From Fistulifera solaris (Eukaryota): a stretch of 64,000 nucleotides of DNA. The notes below the pieces were generated by a model, which saw only the letters and a program-made list of their open reading frames with translations, searched no databases and had not been told where the DNA came from. Below are positions 1-11,451 of the stretch, piece by piece. Every line of letters starts with the position of its first letter. Position 1 is the first letter of the stretch. The stretch is from contig AP026123.1 of the NCBI GenBank assembly GCA_030295235.1, positions 1,798,001-1,862,000 of the forward strand. Reading direction: 5' to 3'. A program made the position numbers and the translations under genes.

Positions 1-249
1 CACGATAGCGGTAGCTTGGGTTTCTTGCAATACCTGGCGCACATCATTTATATTCTGAAGATCCCCCTTCCAAAAGAAAGCCCCCAACGCGTCGGTCAAG
101 TATTGCTGCTGCTCGACGCTGTGTTGATGACCGAACGCGTAGACGGGAGAATAGCCCGCACAGGCCAACCCTTCGACCACGGCGCGTCCTTGCTCACCGG
201 AGCCGCCAAAGACTAGCGCGGTTTGTTTGGAGTTTGATGCAGTCTTCAT
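1..249 (-). CDS. NmrA-like NAD(P)-binding Rossmann protein, 5' part (runs off window)
   Basis: Own translation from ATG at 249, open to the window edge: MKTASNSKQTALVFGGSGEQGRAVVEGL...WKGDLQNINDVRQVL. The GGSGEQG and GDL motifs are typical of the NmrA family. Not in the ORF track because there is no stop in the window. Confidence 0.7.
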   Translation of the reverse strand, partial: MKTASNSKQTALVFGGSGEQGRAVVEGLACAGYSPVYAFGHQHSVEQQQYLTDALGAFFWKGDLQNINDVRQVLQETQATAIV

Positions 250-662
250 GTCGACAAAAGAATGTTGTTATTGATTGTAATGTTTGTGCTTTTGTGAGAA
301 GAGTTGACCTTGCCCAAAACATTGTTTTTGTTGTCTCCTCTTGTTTTTGTTGTCACCGAAAGATTCTTCGCATTATCGTCGGGGTTCGCATTTTTCGTGT
401 GGTCGATCTCGCTTTGCCAGTCGCGTGACTCATTTCTGTCAAGACTAAACTTCTCTGCGTCTGTCCGTGGAACGGCTCTCAATTTCCGTGTTCGCCATTT
501 TTCATTTTTTTTCTTTTTCGCGTCCGTTTTGTCATTCGTCACCGGCATTTTCCCAACTTTTATATTGTCAAAACGGAACGAGCGCATCAAGTCCAAAGGT
601 GACTTCTTATACAGCTGTCTTCCTCGCAATAATTCATTTGCACACTTGACAATCACAATATC

Positions 663-1994
663 ATGTCTCTCGAACGCGCCTCTTCGATCATAGATCGCTT
701 TGGAGTCTTTATTGCATCTCTTCTCGAACCGGTCCCCGAGAAACCTCCTCCGAAAGCCAAGAATGAAGAAGCAGACTGGCTTTTGATCGGAATCAATTTA
801 GTCTACACACTCACCGTTACCACGTTGAGCGGATACTTGCTTCTCTACTTGACCAATCGCTTTTCGAGCCTCATGACGGATCCCAACGACAAGGCACCGT
901 CACAAGGACGCGTCAATGCACGATTGCAGAAAATTTTACAAAAACGGGCCACTTCCTTGCAAATTCCGACTCTTTCGCATTATGAACTCATCATGGCCGA
1001 TGATATATTGGATCCCGATGATATTGATGTCTCTTTTGCGGATATTGGTGGTTTGAATGAGACAAAGCAAGAAATCTACCAGCTCGCTGTTTTGCCGTTA
1101 TTGAAGCCAGAATTATTCAAAGGGAAATTGTGTCAACCCACCAAAGGAATACTATTGTTTGGCCGTCCAGGAACTGGAAAAACGATGTTAGCCAAGGCTG
1201 TGGCGAAAGAAGCCGAAGCCGTCTTCTTGCCGCTACAACTTTCCAAAATTTTGTCCAAATGGGTCGGCGAGTCCAACAAGTTAGTGGCCGCCACCTTTTC
1301 TTTGGCGCGAAAATTGCAGCCAGCCATTTTGTTCATTGACGAGCTGGATACCTTCTTGAAAGCGAGTAGCAGTGAAACAGCGTATCTGGATTCTATCAAG
1401 GCTGAATTTCTTACTCTTTGGGATGGAATCGGAACTTCTTCGGAGAATCGTGTTCTGGTGTTGGGAGCTACCAATAAGCCTCAGTTGATTGATACTGCCA
1501 TCCTACGACGTCTTCCACGCACTTTCCCCGTTCCGCTACCGGACCAAAAAGGCCGGCAATCGATTTTAGAGCTGTTGTTGAAAGATGAGCCACTGTCAGA
1601 TTCGGCAAGAAACTACATCCGTACATTGTCGCAACAAACGGTTGGATACTCAGGGAGTGATTTGAAGGAGTTGTGTCAGGCAGCAGCGATGGTTCGGGTA
1701 CAAGAAGTCACTGCCGAAATGTCTCGTCGACGTGTGATGGGAGAAGTTGGTGACGATGAAGAGGAGGATGAAGATTCTAAAACATTACGTCCTATATCTT
1801 TAGAAGACTTACAAACGGGAATGCTGAAGGTGCAACGAACTGGAGCGGCTGCCGAAACATACGGACGAGAAGAAAGTGGGATTCGTGCCGACGACGACTC
1901 TCTCCGCGATTTCGCAACTTTGCTTCGAAACTTAACACGTGCTGCTTCTCAAAATAGCAATGACCGAAATGATGATGGCATTCCTATTATCTGA
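663..1994 (+). CDS. AAA+ ATPase, MSP1/ATAD1-like (membrane-anchored)
   Basis: N-terminal TM helix, DIDVSFADIGGL, Walker A GRPGTGKT, Walker B ILFIDELD, IKAEFLTLWDG, GATNKPQLID..ILRR. Confidence 0.85.
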   Translation: MSLERASSIIDRFGVFIASLLEPVPEKPPPKAKNEEADWLLIGINLVYTLTVTTLSGYLLLYLTNRFSSLMTDPNDKAPSQGRVNARLQKILQKRATSLQIPTLSHYELIMADDILDPDDIDVSFADIGGLNETKQEIYQLAVLPLLKPELFKGKLCQPTKGILLFGRPGTGKTMLAKAVAKEAEAVFLPLQLSKILSKWVGESNKLVAATFSLARKLQPAILFIDELDTFLKASSSETAYLDSIKAEFLTLWDGIGTSSENRVLVLGATNKPQLIDTAILRRLPRTFPVPLPDQKGRQSILELLLKDEPLSDSARNYIRTLSQQTVGYSGSDLKELCQAAAMVRVQEVTAEMSRRRVMGEVGDDEEEDEDSKTLRPISLEDLQTGMLKVQRTGAAAETYGREESGIRADDDSLRDFATLLRNLTRAASQNSNDRNDDGIPII

Positions 1995-2450
1995 GCTTCT
2001 CGACAACTATCATGTTCTTCATGTTCAAAACTGTTAAGCTAATGACTCGCTTGTATTCTGTTGTCTGTACGACTTCATGGAGGTGCATCGCGATTAGTTT
2101 CATCGGAATAGCATCTCAAATCCATCGGATTATAGAAACGACTGGGAAAGCTCTAATTGGTATGATTCATGACTCCTTCCATAATGACAAAGGATTTCCG
2201 GCGAGCTAAGGTTTACAGAGTACTGTAGCACTTGATATTCAGACTCACGACAAGACCGACCGTCGACCGCGCAAAATGAAGAGGAAAATTCCCGCACTGA
2301 CAGACAGACTGTGATTACCGCTCCAGTTATAGGTTGCCGCTTACTCCTTTACTAAAACCAAAACCACGACGTTTGACGCTCGACGAGGAGAAAAATAAAA
2401 TCGGTCTAAGGTCGTATCATCTCGATCAAAGAAACGATAACAAAGCAAAC

Positions 2451-3181
2451 ATGGCTGAAGAACCTGAAATTGCTGTCGGCGAAGAAGTCGAAGCCGAAGA
2501 GGAAGAATTTGTTGTCACCGGCGGTGCGACCGAGGTCAAATTGTTCGGGAAGTGGTCGTTCGATGACATCGAAGTCCGAGATATTTCGCTCGTTGTAAGT
2601 GCATCATCTGTTCATCAAATGAGAAATCATTCTTATTCATGACGAAAATCTAATCTATTTTTTTTGCTGGGTAGGATTACATCGCGTGCAAGGGAGACCA
2701 TGCTACTTACCTCCCCCACACAGCGGGTCGCTACCAAAAGAAGCGATTCCGCAAGGCCTCGTGCCCCATTGTTGAGCGATTGGTATGCTGCCTCATGCGC
2801 AAGGGACGAAACAGCGGAAAGAAACTCATGGCCGTGAGAATCGTTCAACACACTATGGAGATCATCCATCTTCTCACGGACCAGAACCCTGTCCAGGTGG
2901 TGGTCGATGCGATTATCAACTCGGGACCCCGTGAAGACTCGACACGAGTTGGAGGTGCAGGTGTTGTGCGTCGTCAGGCTGTTGATATGTCTCCTTTCCG
3001 ACGTGTCAACTACGCCTTGTACTTGCTTGCCACCGGAGCTCGTGAGGCGTCGTTCCGCAACCTTAAGACCATGGCCGAGTGCTTGGCTGAGGAGCTTATC
3101 AACGCCGCTCGTGGTTCTTCCAACTCATATGCCATCAAGAAGAAGGACGAAATCGAGCGTGTTTCGAAGTCTAACCGTTAA
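2451..3181 (+). CDS. RPS5: 40S ribosomal protein S5 (uS7), 2 exons (2451-2594, 2675-3181)
   Basis: Spliced product [25 protein letters not shown]...[23 protein letters not shown]...[14 protein letters not shown]; intron GTAAGT...TAG. Confidence 0.97.
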
Positions 3182-3354
3182 ACAAATAATAAAGGTATAA
3201 TCGAACAGTTTACTTTGAAAGAGCGTTGCTTGGGTGCATAGGAGAAAGCCTTGCTCAAGGCACAGAAGAAATGCAAAAGCAGCTTCACTAATAGCTTGGA
3301 AAGAGAGTATGAATACAGCTTTTGTTCGCTCTATGGAGTATAAGTTTTTACTTT

Positions 3355-5025
3355 TCAAGCCAAGACGGCTCGGAAACTAGACAATTCTTCAGATGTTAGT
3401 TCTCTTTCGATCGATCCCCTGTTTTGAAGAATGTCCTTCGCGAGCGATGCCGTCGAAAGCACAACGTCCATTCTTATCGTGGAATCCGATAGACCATAGA
3501 TGCTTGCCAATACATGTCGAGTGGTAAAAGAGCACCCCATGGATTGGGCTAGCGTAAAGGCAACGCTGGGTCCGGACTGCCCAGCTTTTTGAATGCTTGT
3601 ACAATAGTCTCGTGGCGTCAATCCCCGAACAAGATCACTCCACACTGTATCACTAAGTAGAGCTTGAAGATTTTCTGGGCGTGTTTCAATCATGCTGTGA
3701 AGCTGAGAAACGGAGGGGCTCGCCGCTGAATGATTTACCATCCTTGAGGGAATTTCCCTAGGGGCAGAAGGTGCCACTACGGGAGGAGCTATTGCAGCGG
3801 CAGCAATCGGTAGGCTATTGTTTTGAGCACAACCTTCATCAATCAAAACAGCAGACACCATTGGTACCGCTATAACTTCTTCAGCAACATGGGGATGCCA
3901 GTCCGATAAGGAGCAATCCGAAGACGTGTCGGAATTGTCGTTGCTTGGGGAAGAATCGTCCTGATAGTCTGGATTCATGGGGTAAGAAATCGGAATTTGT
4001 GTGGTTTCGTCATCTGACTTGAGTGCTCGTCTCACTTTGACGCGAACAGCGGACTCGGGAGTAGTCGAAAAGAAGCCTCCATCCATTTCAACTAAAACAA
4101 CAATAGAGTGCTTCACCTTGATGAGAGTTCCCGAGTACGAATCGCGAACATCGTAAGGAACAAACAGCTGAATAACTTGAGGCTGAGGAGTACCTGATGA
4201 CTCGTCTGTAGAAGGCTTGTAACGGGGACGCCACCACGAAAGTTCTTCAGTCGATAGTTTTTCTGTTGCCACCAATCTCGAAACAACTTTTCTTAAATTT
4301 TCTTTGCTTGTAAAGAACTCAACAGTCTCGATCAACTTAACCGAGATCTTCAACACATTCAAACTACTTTGGTTGAAGCCAGATACAATGACGGGTAATG
4401 TTCCACCAGCCGCGCACACGTCGCTCGGTGTTTCCCAACCAAGTTGAATGCAGCCTCGTCGAAAGAATGAGCACATTTTCACCGGATAAATCTCTGGTCT
4501 TGTCACGATAGGAGCTCCTTGCGGTAGAGCTTGTGCGGCAATGTGAATGGTTCGCTTGTCGCTGAGCTGCGGGGCTGAAGATACGGACTCTACGTGTGAC
4601 ACTTTCACCGTTAACGAGTATCGAATCTCCGCAAAGTTGCGTTTTCGTGATCTGATCCGTGGCATACTGCTTGGTAGCTCGTTTGGGAGCCAAAGATGGA
4701 AAGGGTACTCATACTGACCTGGACGCAATTTTCCGTCCAGCTGGACCACGGAATGAACCTTGTGAAGTAACACTTTGGATTCTCGTTCGATGATAGGTAG
4801 GTCATCATCCAGGCACTCCTTCTTTCTTCGGCGATGGGCTTTCTTCGACTGCGAGATTTCAACATATTCCACTCCCTCCAAAACTAAATGGATGTCTTGA
4901 AGCTTGGTAAGATCTGCTTTATTGCAAGCATTCAAATAGATGCGTCCTGATAATCGATCCCCAGCTTGGTGAATTCGTTCCGGCTCATCAATGCGGAGAA
5001 CTACCTTGCAATGTTTATTTCCCAT
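3355..5025 (-). CDS. Arrestin N-domain-containing protein (alpha-arrestin-like)
   Basis: GDRLSGRIYL, LRPGQYEYPFHLWLPNELPSS and AEIRYSLTVKV match arrestin_N features; 556-aa ORF. Confidence 0.7.
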   Translation of the reverse strand: MGNKHCKVVLRIDEPERIHQAGDRLSGRIYLNACNKADLTKLQDIHLVLEGVEYVEISQSKKAHRRRKKECLDDDLPIIERESKVLLHKVHSVVQLDGKLRPGQYEYPFHLWLPNELPSSMPRIRSRKRNFAEIRYSLTVKVSHVESVSSAPQLSDKRTIHIAAQALPQGAPIVTRPEIYPVKMCSFFRRGCIQLGWETPSDVCAAGGTLPVIVSGFNQSSLNVLKISVKLIETVEFFTSKENLRKVVSRLVATEKLSTEELSWWRPRYKPSTDESSGTPQPQVIQLFVPYDVRDSYSGTLIKVKHSIVVLVEMDGGFFSTTPESAVRVKVRRALKSDDETTQIPISYPMNPDYQDDSSPSNDNSDTSSDCSLSDWHPHVAEEVIAVPMVSAVLIDEGCAQNNSLPIAAAAIAPPVVAPSAPREIPSRMVNHSAASPSVSQLHSMIETRPENLQALLSDTVWSDLVRGLTPRDYCTSIQKAGQSGPSVAFTLAQSMGCSFTTRHVLASIYGLSDSTIRMDVVLSTASLAKDILQNRGSIERELTSEELSSFRAVLA

Positions 5026-5683
5026 CCTGCTAGTTCAGCCTTTGCTATTAGTATAACATGCAAACCTTATCCAGAGGGGCCGCGTGCTGGATAAGAGTAT
5101 TGCCAAAGTGTCAAAAGGGTGTGATGCGTTTTACTTTATTGTCACGGTTCTTTGAAAGGGAACGAACTCCTTTTCTCAAGTCATGGTCTGCGGAGGCGAC
5201 AAAAATGAGCATCGAACGCTCCAAGTTTTTCCTCAACAGACACATGTTACTAAATAATATAACGGTAACGTTACTTCAGCGTTATCGTTTCTGTTCGCAC
5301 GACACATTTGTTGAGTCGTATATGGTACGTCGTGCGTACGGTTTTTTCTCAGGCTATTATCTAAACCATTGTCTCTAGAGAGATGTAACCGGCAGCTTTT
5401 CCTAGGTAGAGAGGACGAGGTTCAATGTTTCTTGTAAACATTCTCCGTGCTTTCCATGATGCTTATCGATCCCATCTGTTCAACTATTCAGAAACGGAAG
5501 TAGCAACAACCAATGATCAACGAATGGACCATATCTGCTAATCAAGAACGGGCATTAGATGCATTGTCTCGGCGTTGGTTCTGAGAAAGTTAATGAATCA
5601 TAAATGATACAAAAGATTAAATGAAAAGTAACAGGGACTTGTCATTACTTGACAGTCGTGGACACATCAGGATACTGGCCCAC

Positions 5684-6638
5684 TCATTTTTGGAAAGCCG
5701 ATGGGTACATCAGCTTGCTGAAGAATTCCTTTGTGTAATCCATGATAAAGACAGCACACACCATTCGACCATAACGGAAGGTGGCACCACGGTAAAATCC
5801 AGGAATTCCACTATCCTGATAAATCTTTGCCGCAGCTTGACGGAAATTACCATACACTGAGCGTTCGATATCACCTCTGAGAAAAAGCGAATGACAAGAA
5901 TAATCGAGTTGAGAAGGCAGCCTTAGACGTAGCTTTCATACGAAAAAATACTCAACTGTAAGCAGGTCTTGATGGTATCTGCGGGTTGCGTCAAATAGCA
6001 TGCGAATAAACCTCCAAGCAGCGCAGCAGGAATTCGAGCACGGTTATTATCCGGGAACTGTTCGGGATGATTTTCCATCAAATAGCTACGCACAATAGGA
6101 GGAATCGATAAATAGCCACAAGTCCACAAGGCTTCTCGAACAGCGGCTCCAATTAAACCACGATAGAAATTGGTGGGAGTCGCAATACTGGCAAAGGTCG
6201 CAGCTGTCGACCCACCCTTACGTTGTTGCTGAATCATAATCAACTCCAAGGGACTTCCCACGAGCGCGGAAAAACTTCCGGCACAAATTCCGCAACCCAT
6301 TTCTTCCGCCAAAGTCAGCTTCCGATCCGAGTCTCCGGCCACCAATTGTTTCAATTTGCCGCCAATCGCAAATTGAATCATCGTACAGGACCCCATGTTA
6401 ACCATATTCGCGCCGACTCCGCGGTACATGACACGCGGATCGACTTGAATTGGCTGTTTCTGCTGAACCATATTTTTGCAGTAATTGAATGGCTGAAGAA
6501 TCACCACCTAGGGACGAACTGTGTGAGTGAGTGTCATCAGGGGAACTCATCTTCTCGTCGAAAGAAGCTACATACCTCAATCACTCCCACCGTCATGCCG
6601 ACGGTGGCATTTTGCAATTCATTCAATTCCTTAGACAT
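5684..6638 (-). CDS. Mitochondrial carrier family (SLC25) protein, 3 exons
   Basis: Exon 1 MSKELNELQNATVGMTVGVIE; intron 6575-6508; three carrier repeats with P-x-[DE/N]-x-x-K-type signatures (QPFNYCKN, SPLELIMIQ, QPADTIKT); second intron ~5877-5956; final exon GDIERSVYG...GFYRGATFRYGR...FQK*. Confidence 0.85.
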
Positions 6639-7008
6639 TTTTATTCATCAACAAGCGAAGGAACGGATGATTGTGCGTTTGAAAGAAGAGACAAGTTCGT
6701 TTTTTCCGATGAAGAGGCGAGATCAAAAGCTCTCGCAACTCGCAACGCGTTTTCCTTTTTGCAAAAGCGAAGTTCTGCGGTTGGATTTTTGCCGTGTCTG
6801 GGCGGTCTGTCTATTTGTCCAGGGGTGGATGAAGTAGGAAGTAGGAAGGCGGTGGAACGACATACAGACGGTGCTGTTTCAACACGCTTTTTTTGGAGGA
6901 TTATTATTTTTGCTTTGTTGTTGTCAATACAAATACTCCGGACTAACTACTTAAACAATCAACAACTCATTGCAGTCTTTTTTATTCAGTGAACTAGAGT
7001 CATAAATC

Positions 7009-7341
7009 ATGGAAGCGATACAGAAGCTAGCTCCGCATCAACAGCAAGCTTTTATGAAGGAAATGGAAGCGATGCAAACGAAAGACTCTCTCAAGTAAGT
7101 CCTCGGGTGTGTTATGTACATCTTCAAGATTATACATCCCTCACACTCACGCCTCAGTATGTACAATAAATTGGTCATGAGATGCTTTGATGGTTGCGTC
7201 ACATCCTTCCGCTCCAAGAGTTTAGACAAGTCCGAAAGCAGTTGTGTTGAACATTGTGCCTCGCGATATGTCAAAATGACACAACGAGTCGGTCTACGTT
7301 TTGCGGAGCATCAGGCTATGCAGGCGGCAGGGCAACAGTAA
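7009..7341 (+). CDS. TIM9: Small Tim intermembrane-space chaperone, Tim9-like, 2 exons
   Basis: MEAIQKL...QTKDSL | MYNKLVMRCFDGCV...ESSCVEHCASRY...QRVGLRFAEHQ; twin Cx3C motif; intron ~7096-7158. Confidence 0.85.
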
Positions 7342-7427
7342 TAATTGAATGAATAGGAAAATTTGCTTTGAGAAAATGTTTTCGTTTTATTAATACTAGC
7401 TATATACAAAGAGACATATTTCGGAAC

Positions 7428-8543
7428 TCATTTACTGGTCACTCGGGCCGATAGCATCTCGATAAAATCTGTATATCCAACAACACCGGTCCATGCATTC
7501 ATTGTAGCGGCGGCGTGCTGAGACGGGTGTGTATTTCGGGCCCAACTAGCCAACTGCAGCGAAAGATTCTTGTGAGGAACGATGCTTTTGCCGACACTAC
7601 CGAAGCGCGGGATGTTGTCTCCGAACAGGTCAATGCTGTCTTCTAGAAATGTCCAGGACGAATCAATGACAAACGTGGTCGACTTCGCTGGAGCATGCTG
7701 CAGTACCTGAGCAAGCGTGTTGCGCCGTCCTACCAAAAGCGCCGCCTCACTTTTTGACTCGAAAGCCTCGTCAACATTCTCCACGATTCGGAACTTCAAT
7801 CCCGTTGCTTTCAGCGTACTAGCAGCTATGTTCAAATCGCTCGCATGGTCTACCGTGAGGATAAGCTTTTGAGGACATGCATTCAGTATTTCAGGGATGC
7901 CTTCATCCGTCAGGCGAGGGACCATTAAATCTTGCTTGGCTCGTAAACGCTCCACATTTTTCTGCAAAATAGGCATCGGATCCTTATAATCACAATGATA
8001 TCTCACTTGCAGGGCATCACGAAGCATACCACCTTGTCTCCAATTCGCTGAAACTTCACCTACAGTTAATGGGCGACTCCCCCGTCCCCGGCTCATTTCT
8101 GTCTTTTGTTGCGGATGATATTTGCTCGCGTATTTCCCCGTCTTTCCATTCGAACGACCCCCGTCCAGTTCTTGTTCTTCTAAAAGTAGACGAGTGGCTA
8201 GGGCATATTCACATACGACCGAAAAATCATCGTTCGTCGCCGCCAGAACGTGAGCCAAGGCGGCCAGCTTGTTTTCTAACCAGACTTGATCGTCGCGGTC
8301 TAAACAATCGTCAGCTTCTGGCCACGTCGTGGCGGCCACTTCTAACGCGTCCCGTATTCTCCAGTTGACTGTATCGGCTATGCAACCTTCCCAGTTCACA
8401 ACAAATATCTCATTGGCGTGATTACTTGTGCTGGAGAAATGCCGTAGTCGTCCTTGTCGACGGTGACTCGCAATTTGGTGCCCCGAAAAGCCACTTGCGG
8501 CTTCCAAGAAGTATATGAATAGAAAACTGGTTGCTTTCGCCAT
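7428..8543 (-). CDS. Probable plastid-targeted HAD-fold-like protein (degenerate motif I)
   Basis: Signal peptide plus ASG-F cleavage site; FVVNWEGCIADT resembles HAD motif I; FVIDSSWTFL and LQLASW resemble the C-terminal motifs of the plastid HAD-like family. Confidence 0.5.
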   Translation of the reverse strand: MAKATSFLFIYFLEAASGFSGHQIASHRRQGRLRHFSSTSNHANEIFVVNWEGCIADTVNWRIRDALEVAATTWPEADDCLDRDDQVWLENKLAALAHVLAATNDDFSVVCEYALATRLLLEEQELDGGRSNGKTGKYASKYHPQQKTEMSRGRGSRPLTVGEVSANWRQGGMLRDALQVRYHCDYKDPMPILQKNVERLRAKQDLMVPRLTDEGIPEILNACPQKLILTVDHASDLNIAASTLKATGLKFRIVENVDEAFESKSEAALLVGRRNTLAQVLQHAPAKSTTFVIDSSWTFLEDSIDLFGDNIPRFGSVGKSIVPHKNLSLQLASWARNTHPSQHAAATMNAWTGVVGYTDFIEMLSARVTSK

Positions 8544-8883
8544 GATAACTTGGTAGTGTGAATATATGGAACCAGAAAGTGTTTATTCAATGCGCCGACG
8601 GAGTTAAAAACATGAGAATGCGAAAAACGAGAGAAAGAACGCGAGTTCAAGTTGACGACTTGTTCGTGAATAATTTCACTCACGGCAAACGTAGCATAAC
8701 TTTGCCTTTTGCAAAAACAACTAACATAGCTAAAGAATTTGACATCAATAATAATATCTTGCTATGCACCTCGGGCATTTACGTAACTACGATACAATTC
8801 TGAACATACCTTCATGTTCATGACTCAAAAGAAGTGCCGGTTCTTTATATTTCTTTCCTTCAAAAGCTTCACCAGTTAGTTAA

Positions 8884-9838
8884 TTATCCCCTTCGCATCC
8901 CAACAGTAACATCAATGCGGGCGCGGTCTTCCAGCCCGAGGCTGTATGGCGTTTCGTATCCTGTTAGAGTTTGACCATTGAAGGCGAACTTCAGATTCTC
9001 TTGACTCAAACCCTTTCTTTCGGCGAAGACAGTAAATACAATTCGGAGTGTGCTTCGGTATCGCAAGCTGAAATAAGTCTCTTCGCCGCTTGCAGAGTCG
9101 CGCAGGAAAATTGTAATGGGATCATTGCCGGTGGGTGGAGACTTTGGCGATCGTGGATTCTTGGTAAGCGATCGTCGAGCGGGAGTATTCTCCACAGCTT
9201 CGTCTTCCGACGGTGCGACAATGTGAGACCGACTTCTGGGTGAAGTTTCGTGAGCGACTCCTGCAACTGGGAGACGCCCGCGCGGTGACGATGGTACATG
9301 GTGATGGTGGTGATGGCCACCAGACATGGCATGATCATCTCCGTCGATAGCATCTACCTCAGCATGACCGTAATCCCACACTTCCGGATCAAGGTCATGA
9401 CCGTATCGTGCCTGGAAAGCAATCTTGGTCGTCTTGACGCGGTCAAGTGTGAGTCTCTCGTTGAGAATAGCATCAGGATCGTTACCGATAACGCGACCGA
9501 AAAGTAGGAAGCAGTCGTCCGTATAGTTCAGGTTGTCCAGCAAGTGCTGTTCCCACATTTGCTGAATGGCGAGCGGCGCGGTCAACTTTGTAGCCTGCCA
9601 ATCGTTCATCACTGATTTCAACTCCATGAATTGTCTGTAGCCTTTCAATGTACGCTTTGCAAACACCTCGTTCCATCCTAGCACACGCATGCATCGTTCG
9701 ACAAGCGGAGTGGCGCCTCGAGTAAGCGGAGGGTCATGCTTGCGATTTACTTCCCACCATTTTTCGATCTTATCCTCTTTCGTATTTGCTACGCCCGGTA
9801 GCCACAGGCCACTATTACTCATTGCAATGGTAGCCATT
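8884..9838 (-). CDS. GRDP-like (glycine-rich-domain-associated) domain fused to a C-terminal SUMO/Rad60-like ubiquitin fold
   Basis: YRQFMELK...QQMWEQHLLDNLNY..DC...GRVIGNDPD; His-rich linker; ITIFLRD...ETYFSLR...LKFAFNGQTL...TPYSLGLEDRARIDV. Start taken at MATIAMS. Confidence 0.6.
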
Positions 9839-10803
9839 GTCAAACCGATCACTTGATCTTCTGTTGTCGAGTGGTTGTTGTGCTGTGATGCTCGTCTTCG
9901 GATTGCAATGAAGAAGAGGTGCACACTCGCCGATCCGTGGCGATTGTGAGCATCTCGCTGAAAATGGTCAATCAGGTTGAGAAAGCGAGCACCGCGGTCG
10001 GCATGATATTTCGTCTGGTACTTGATTGCTGATACAAAATAACAACTTCCTTTAAATAGAGTTTGATTATTTAGCAAATCCTACAGAATGTTATGGAACA
10101 CTTTCCCTAAACGCTTTAAGACAATATCGTCTTTGAACTTTGGCGGTTCTTCTGTGATAATAGGTATAAAACGTGAAAAATCGCCAGTCTTTAGCAAATA
10201 GTACCATACGTAAGATGCCGTATGCCGTTGGCATTCATGAGTGACTAGTCACGGACGGATAAGGCTGTTGCCGATGATGCTTGCTATAGAGATACCTCAT
10301 AAGATGCAGGATGGGTTCAACCAGCTAGAGTGAAATGACAAGGCGCTCATCAAGCCCGTGTTGTTCAATTGTTATCCGTTGCTTTGTCTCAGACGTCCAT
10401 AAGGACCCGATTGATAAGAGGGTTGTTGCAGAATTTTCACCTCCATGAAGAAGTATTGTGGTCTTAATAGTTGAGGTACAAGTAGTCGATGGCCTAACTT
10501 CGATCCCGAGGTCTAGCACCTAGCACAGCTCACCCGTTACTCAACGGATACCGAACGGTTATGGCGCACCTATAATACAGTACCAGAATAATGAAAGAAA
10601 ATTCTACTTAGAGAAGATTTTTCTATGGTGCAGCTCAACGTATCGCCAAGAACGCGCTAGCCGCTCACTTTTTCACAAGGAGGAGAAAAGCGTTGACCCG
10701 ATTGATGATTTGATGGTTTGACTCTGTTTGCTTGCTTTGCAGAAACTCTCAAGTATCGTTAGCTTTTAGCCGGGCTTGTATTAATTTTCATCCATATTTT
10801 TCA

Positions 10804-11451
10804 ATGAAAACATCAAAAGTCCTTTTTATCCTTTGCTCAATATGTCTCCATAGGTTGTCGTTCAGCGAAACGAATCAGTTAAGACGAAATCTCGGTAAGT
10901 CCATTGAATTTGCCCATGCATTATTTTACCTATTACTTATTTACCGATTATTATGTACTACAGGAGAGCATGCCAGTCATCCCAAACCACCCCCGAATAG
11001 TTCTGGGTCCAGCGGAGGCGGAACGTCAAGTGGCGGAGCAGCCAGCGGAAGTGGGTCGTCATCCAGCGGATCTGGCGGGGGCAGTAGCAGTGGGGGATCG
11101 TCCAGCGGGGGTAGCAACCATGGGTCGAATAGTGGAGGAAGCAGCTCATCGAGTTCGACGGGCTCTCGCAACAGAATGTCACAAAACCATGGGAAAGCCG
11201 TTTCGGATGTTCGTTCCGAAGTTGGTGTCATCATTGGACTGGTTGGTGCTGCGGCCCTTGTGAGCGCACTGCTTGTTGCAGCTTTTCGTCGACGTACTAC
11301 GATACAGACAGCACATCCGTTGAAAGGCTCCATAAACCGGCGAATGAATTTGTTCAATAATATGGCAAAACACAACCCTGCGGCGTCTCGTCCGCCGCGA
11401 CGCGTTGAAGATGTCTATATTCCAGCACCCGGTGATGCAGTTGGAGTTTGA
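10804..11451 (+). CDS. Silicalemma-associated-protein (SAP)-like single-pass membrane protein, 2 exons (intron 10895-10963)
   Basis: Signal peptide, RRNL (RxL) propeptide motif, Gly/Ser-rich lumenal segment, TM VGVIIGLVGAAALVSALLVAAF, cytosolic HPLKGSINRRMNLF motif. Confidence 0.65.
   Translation: MKTSKVLFILCSICLHRLSFSETNQLRRNLGKSIEFAHALFYLLLIYRLLCTTGEHASHPKPPPNSSGSSGGGTSSGGAASGSGSSSSGSGGGSSSGGSSSGGSNHGSNSGGSSSSSSTGSRNRMSQNHGKAVSDVRSEVGVIIGLVGAAALVSALLVAAFRRRTTIQTAHPLKGSINRRMNLFNNMAKHNPAASRPPRRVEDVYIPAPGDAVGV

Noticed and set aside
10241..10252. 12-bp palindrome GTGACTAGTCAC
   Set aside because: Many perfect 12-bp palindromes are expected by chance in 64 kb and there is no supporting context.
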